Source of the DNA: Rebecca billardiae RCC1528
Lineage: Eukaryota > Protista > Haptophyta
NCBI GenBank assembly: GCA_965240325.2
Contig: OZ251237.1
Span: forward strand, 186,001-250,000
Reading direction: 5' to 3'
Length of the DNA: 64,000 bases
The position numbers were made by a program, and so were the translations under genes. The notes beneath the pieces are model-generated. The model ran no database searches. It was not told the DNA's origin and saw only the letters and a list, made by a program, of their open reading frames with translations. Shown here in pieces: positions 60,980-64,000 of the stretch; within the stretch, counting starts at the first letter, position 1, and every line of letters starts with the position of its first letter.

Positions 60980-62215
60980 ATGGCGTCGTGCTCGCCATCT
61001 GCTCGCGCCAGATCCTTGGGCGCGAGCGCGCACACGGAGCTCGAGGGCATTGGCGCCGACGCGATCGCGCTGAGCGAGCCGAGTGCGCGGGCGGAGGCAT
61101 GCGCGTCGCTCTCGCAGGCGCTCGCGCGCGCCTCGAGCTCGACCACGACGCGTCAGCGAGCGCAGCTGCTCACGAAGCGGCCGATCCAAGCCCTGGCGGG
61201 CGGCGGCTCGGACGTCGCGCAGTCGGCGGAGCTCCCGTACGGGGACTACGAGCTCAAGCTGGAGGTGATCGGCGCGGGCGACGCGTACGCGCTCGCGGAG
61301 CCGTGCGCCGGCGCCCTCGCCATCCTGCTCGAGGACGAGCACGCGCCGGTGCGCGCGGCGGCCGTGGAGGCTGTGTGCACGCTCGGCGCGCTCGACCCGG
61401 CGCTCGCGCAGCGCTGCGCCGAGCTGCTCGTGGACTCGCTGGCCGACGACGTGCCGCGCGTGCGCGCGCGCGCGCTCGCGTGCCTGCGTCGCCTCGGCGC
61501 GCGCGAGCACCTCTGCCTCGGCGACGAGCACGCGCGCGCGCTCCTGGACGCGCTGTGCGACCGATCGATCGAGCTGCGCGCGCTCGCGGCGCGCGTGTTC
61601 GAGACAGCGCAGCTCGAGACGGATACGTGCGCGCGCGAGGTGCTCGAGGCGCTCGCGGCTGTGTCCGAGGAGTGCGACACGCGATCCGCGGCGAGCGCGC
61701 TGCGCGCACGCCACCCGAGCGTCGCGCGCGCGCTCCCGCCGAGCGAGCTCGCGGCGCGCGCCGCGCTGCGCGTGCTCAGCCCCGTGCCACTGCGCGCGCG
61801 CGCGGGCTGGCCGCTGCGCGTGCACGTGCGCGTGTGCCTCGCCGGCGAGTCGGCCGGCGCGCGGCTGCCCGCGGGCTGCGCCGTGCGCGCCACGGGTGGC
61901 GGCGCCGGCCCCTGGCTCTTCCCGCTCCGCCCGGACGCAGCCGGCGTGCAGCTCGAGCAGCTCGACGAGGGCGCGGAGGCGGACGCACCGGGCGGCGCGG
62001 AGCTGAGCGCGCGCGTCGTGCTCGAGCTGACCGCGAGCGCGCAGCTCGTCGGTGCGCCGCTGACGCTGCAGCTGGGCATCTGCGCTCCGGCCGAGGAATG
62101 GACGGCGCTGGGCGCGCCTGTGACGGTGCCCACGATGACGGCGGAGCCGGGCCCCGAGGCCGCGCAGGCAGCGCAGGCACGCGTAGGCACGCATGTGCCT
62201 ACGCGATTACGATGA
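60980..62215 (+). CDS. INTS4: Integrator complex subunit 4-like HEAT protein (short form)
   Basis: CAGALAILLEDEHAPVRAAAVEAVCTL...LLVDSLADDVPRVR parallels INTS4/SIEL ACGAFVHGLEDE..EVR.AAV..L...FLVDMFNDE...VR; PLR..GWPL begins a beta-rich C-terminal domain. Confidence 0.65.
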   Translation: MASCSPSARARSLGASAHTELEGIGADAIALSEPSARAEACASLSQALARASSSTTTRQRAQLLTKRPIQALAGGGSDVAQSAELPYGDYELKLEVIGAGDAYALAEPCAGALAILLEDEHAPVRAAAVEAVCTLGALDPALAQRCAELLVDSLADDVPRVRARALACLRRLGAREHLCLGDEHARALLDALCDRSIELRALAARVFETAQLETDTCAREVLEALAAVSEECDTRSAASALRARHPSVARALPPSELAARAALRVLSPVPLRARAGWPLRVHVRVCLAGESAGARLPAGCAVRATGGGAGPWLFPLRPDAAGVQLEQLDEGAEADAPGGAELSARVVLELTASAQLVGAPLTLQLGICAPAEEWTALGAPVTVPTMTAEPGPEAAQAAQARVGTHVPTRLR

Positions 62216-62268
62216 TTACGTGCCTGAATTAAAATCGATGATTACGATGATGATGATATTACGTGCCA

Positions 62269-64000
62269 TTATGGTTGTATAACCGCTCGGTTATGCGGGT
62301 ATAACTCACCGGTAGCCCTCATGAGGGCGGGCTGGCAGCCAGGGTCCGGCTGCCTGGAGGTTTTCCGGTCGTCAAGCCGAGCCAGGCCCGGATTGGGCGC
62401 GGGCCTGGATTGGCTCAGCAGCTTGGCAAGCGATGCGCGTCTGGGTGCGGCCGCGCTCGCTGGCTGCACCCGCGGCGCGGCGGCCGGCGTGGCTGCTCTG
62501 GTCACCGCTGCGCTGGTGGCTGCTCCTCCTCTGGGAGTTGTTTCTTCCAGGTGCGTGTGCGTCGGCGGTAGGCCGCCCTCAGCCCTCGCTCTCTCCACTC
62601 GTGCACCTGCCCTGCTTGCTCTCTGCTTTCGATGGGGGCGCCTCGGAGCCGCTTCGAGGCGTCCCCGTCTGCAATCTTCTCATGCTCTATCTGCTTTCGA
62701 TGGGGGCGCCTCGGAGCCGCTTCGAGGCGTCCCCGTCTGCAATCTATCTTCTCATGCTCTGCTTTCGATGGGGGCGCCTCGGAACCGCTTCGAGGCGTCC
62801 CCGTCTGCAATCTTCTCATGCTCTGCTTTCAATGGGGGCGCCTCGGAACCGCTTCGAGGCGTCCCCGTCTGCAATCTTCTCCTGCTCTGCTTTCGATGGG
62901 GGCGCCTGGGAACCGCTCCCAGGCGTCCCCGTCTGCAATCTTCTCACGCTTCGCAGTCTCGCTTGCCTTCATCGCCTGGCGGGTGGGTGCTGCTCTTTCC
63001 TTCTCTGCCGCCTCCTCTGCAGTCTGCCGTGCACTGCTGTGTGTGGGATGCGACCTGCTACCTTATCTGACGCTACGCGTGCGTGTCTCGCGCCTGCTTC
63101 CCGCCTGCGCCGCCGCCGCCGCGCATGTCTTCGTGCCCACTGTCTCATGCCGTCTGGATCGTCCTTACTCATACAACCCTGCGGGGAGCCCCTCTGGGCC
63201 TCTGCCGCCTTCGGTCCTCGCGCTACCCCTTCGGCGGCCTCGGCCTCTTCGGGCCCCCGGCCACCACCCCTGCGGGGTGTGGCATTCCACACCTCCTTCT
63301 GGGTGGAGGCCCTCGAGGCCTCTGCCTCCTGCGGCGCCGCGCTCTGCCCAAACTTGCGTTGGGGGGGGGCGTCGGCTGCCAGCGCCTGCGGTCTACGTGC
63401 TCCATCGAGTACTTCCTCTTCGGCGTCTAGGCGGTCATCGGCTTCTGTCGGCGTAGTTGCTCGAATGCATCGGCGAGTCCTTCCTGGTCGGCGTCGCATC
63501 CTGGACGGCTTCGGGGGTGTGACCTAGTCACCTCACGCGTTTATCAACGCGGCCCCCACCTCAATCTACTCTCATGTGGGTCTACCGAGTGAGTTATGGT
63601 TGTATAACCGCTCGGTTATGCGGGTATAACTCACCGGTAGCCCTCATGAGGGCGGGCTGGCAGCCAGGGTCCGGCTGCCTGGAGGTTTTCCGGTCGTCAA
63701 GCCGAGCCAGGCCCGGATTGGGCGCGGGCCTGGATTGGCTCAGCAGCTTGGCAAGCGATGCGCGTCTGGGTGCGGCCGCGCTCGCTGGCTGCACCCGCGG
63801 CGCGGCGGCCGGCGTGGCTGCTCTGGTCACCGCTGCGCTGGTGGCTGCTCCTCCTCTGGGAGTTGTTTCTCCCTGCCCTCCCACCCTGCTGGTTGCTGGG
63901 TGGGCATGGCCTTGGGTGCGCGCGGTGTCGGGGGGGTGGAGGCCCTCGAGGCCTCTGCCTCCTGCGGCGCCGCGCTCTGCCCAAACTTGCGTTGGGGGGG
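62269..64000. mobile_element. Repeat element with A1-internal-B1-A2-B2 layout (split-direct-repeat-like, or a tandem copy); truncated by the window edge
   Basis: A: 62269-62545 = 63594-63870. B: 63301-63368 = 63934-64000. No coding domain seen. Confidence 0.55.
62620..62948. repeat. Five ~64-bp tandem units, each with a GC hairpin
   Basis: CTGCTTTCRATGGGGGCGCCTCGGARCCGCTTCGAGGCGTCCCCGTCTGCAATCTTCTC repeated, with the last unit slightly diverged. Confidence 0.9.

Noticed and set aside
62620-62948. Palindromic repeats resembling a CRISPR array
   Set aside because: The intervening sequences are also repeated (no unique spacers), there are no cas genes, and the context is eukaryotic.

Overview
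Very GC-rich eukaryotic nuclear DNA with short GC-rich spliceosomal introns (donor mostly GTGCGC, acceptor mostly CGCAG). A plastid-targeted gene and the intron style suggest a haptophyte alga, possibly Pavlovophyceae; this is inference only. About 14 host genes are present, mostly in tight head-to-head pairs: GT54-like / Ala-rich TPR-like; RRP41 / tandem prolyl-4-hydroxylase with a TTL-like tail; methyltransferase-2OG oxygenase fusion / coiled-coil; thylakoid-lumen protein / SEL1-like; MFS / UGT; coiled-coil / INTS4-like. A hypothetical gene and a large secreted LamG-glycosidase-like protein are unpaired. Mobile DNA lies mainly downstream of the + strand genes: a gag-only LTR element with a 5-bp TSD, an EsV-1-7 repeat ORF, an RNase H LINE fragment, a prolyl oligopeptidase fragment, a 4.2-kb element with 600-bp TIRs in a (TA)n tract, and a split-direct-repeat element at the right edge. 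The most unusual signals are two enzyme fusions, a promoter duplicated in inverted orientation up to its ATG, and a pervasive micro-duplication signature. Most long Arg/Ala/Pro-rich ORFs in the track are GC shadow frames. All family assignments come from motif recognition by eye, not from searches.
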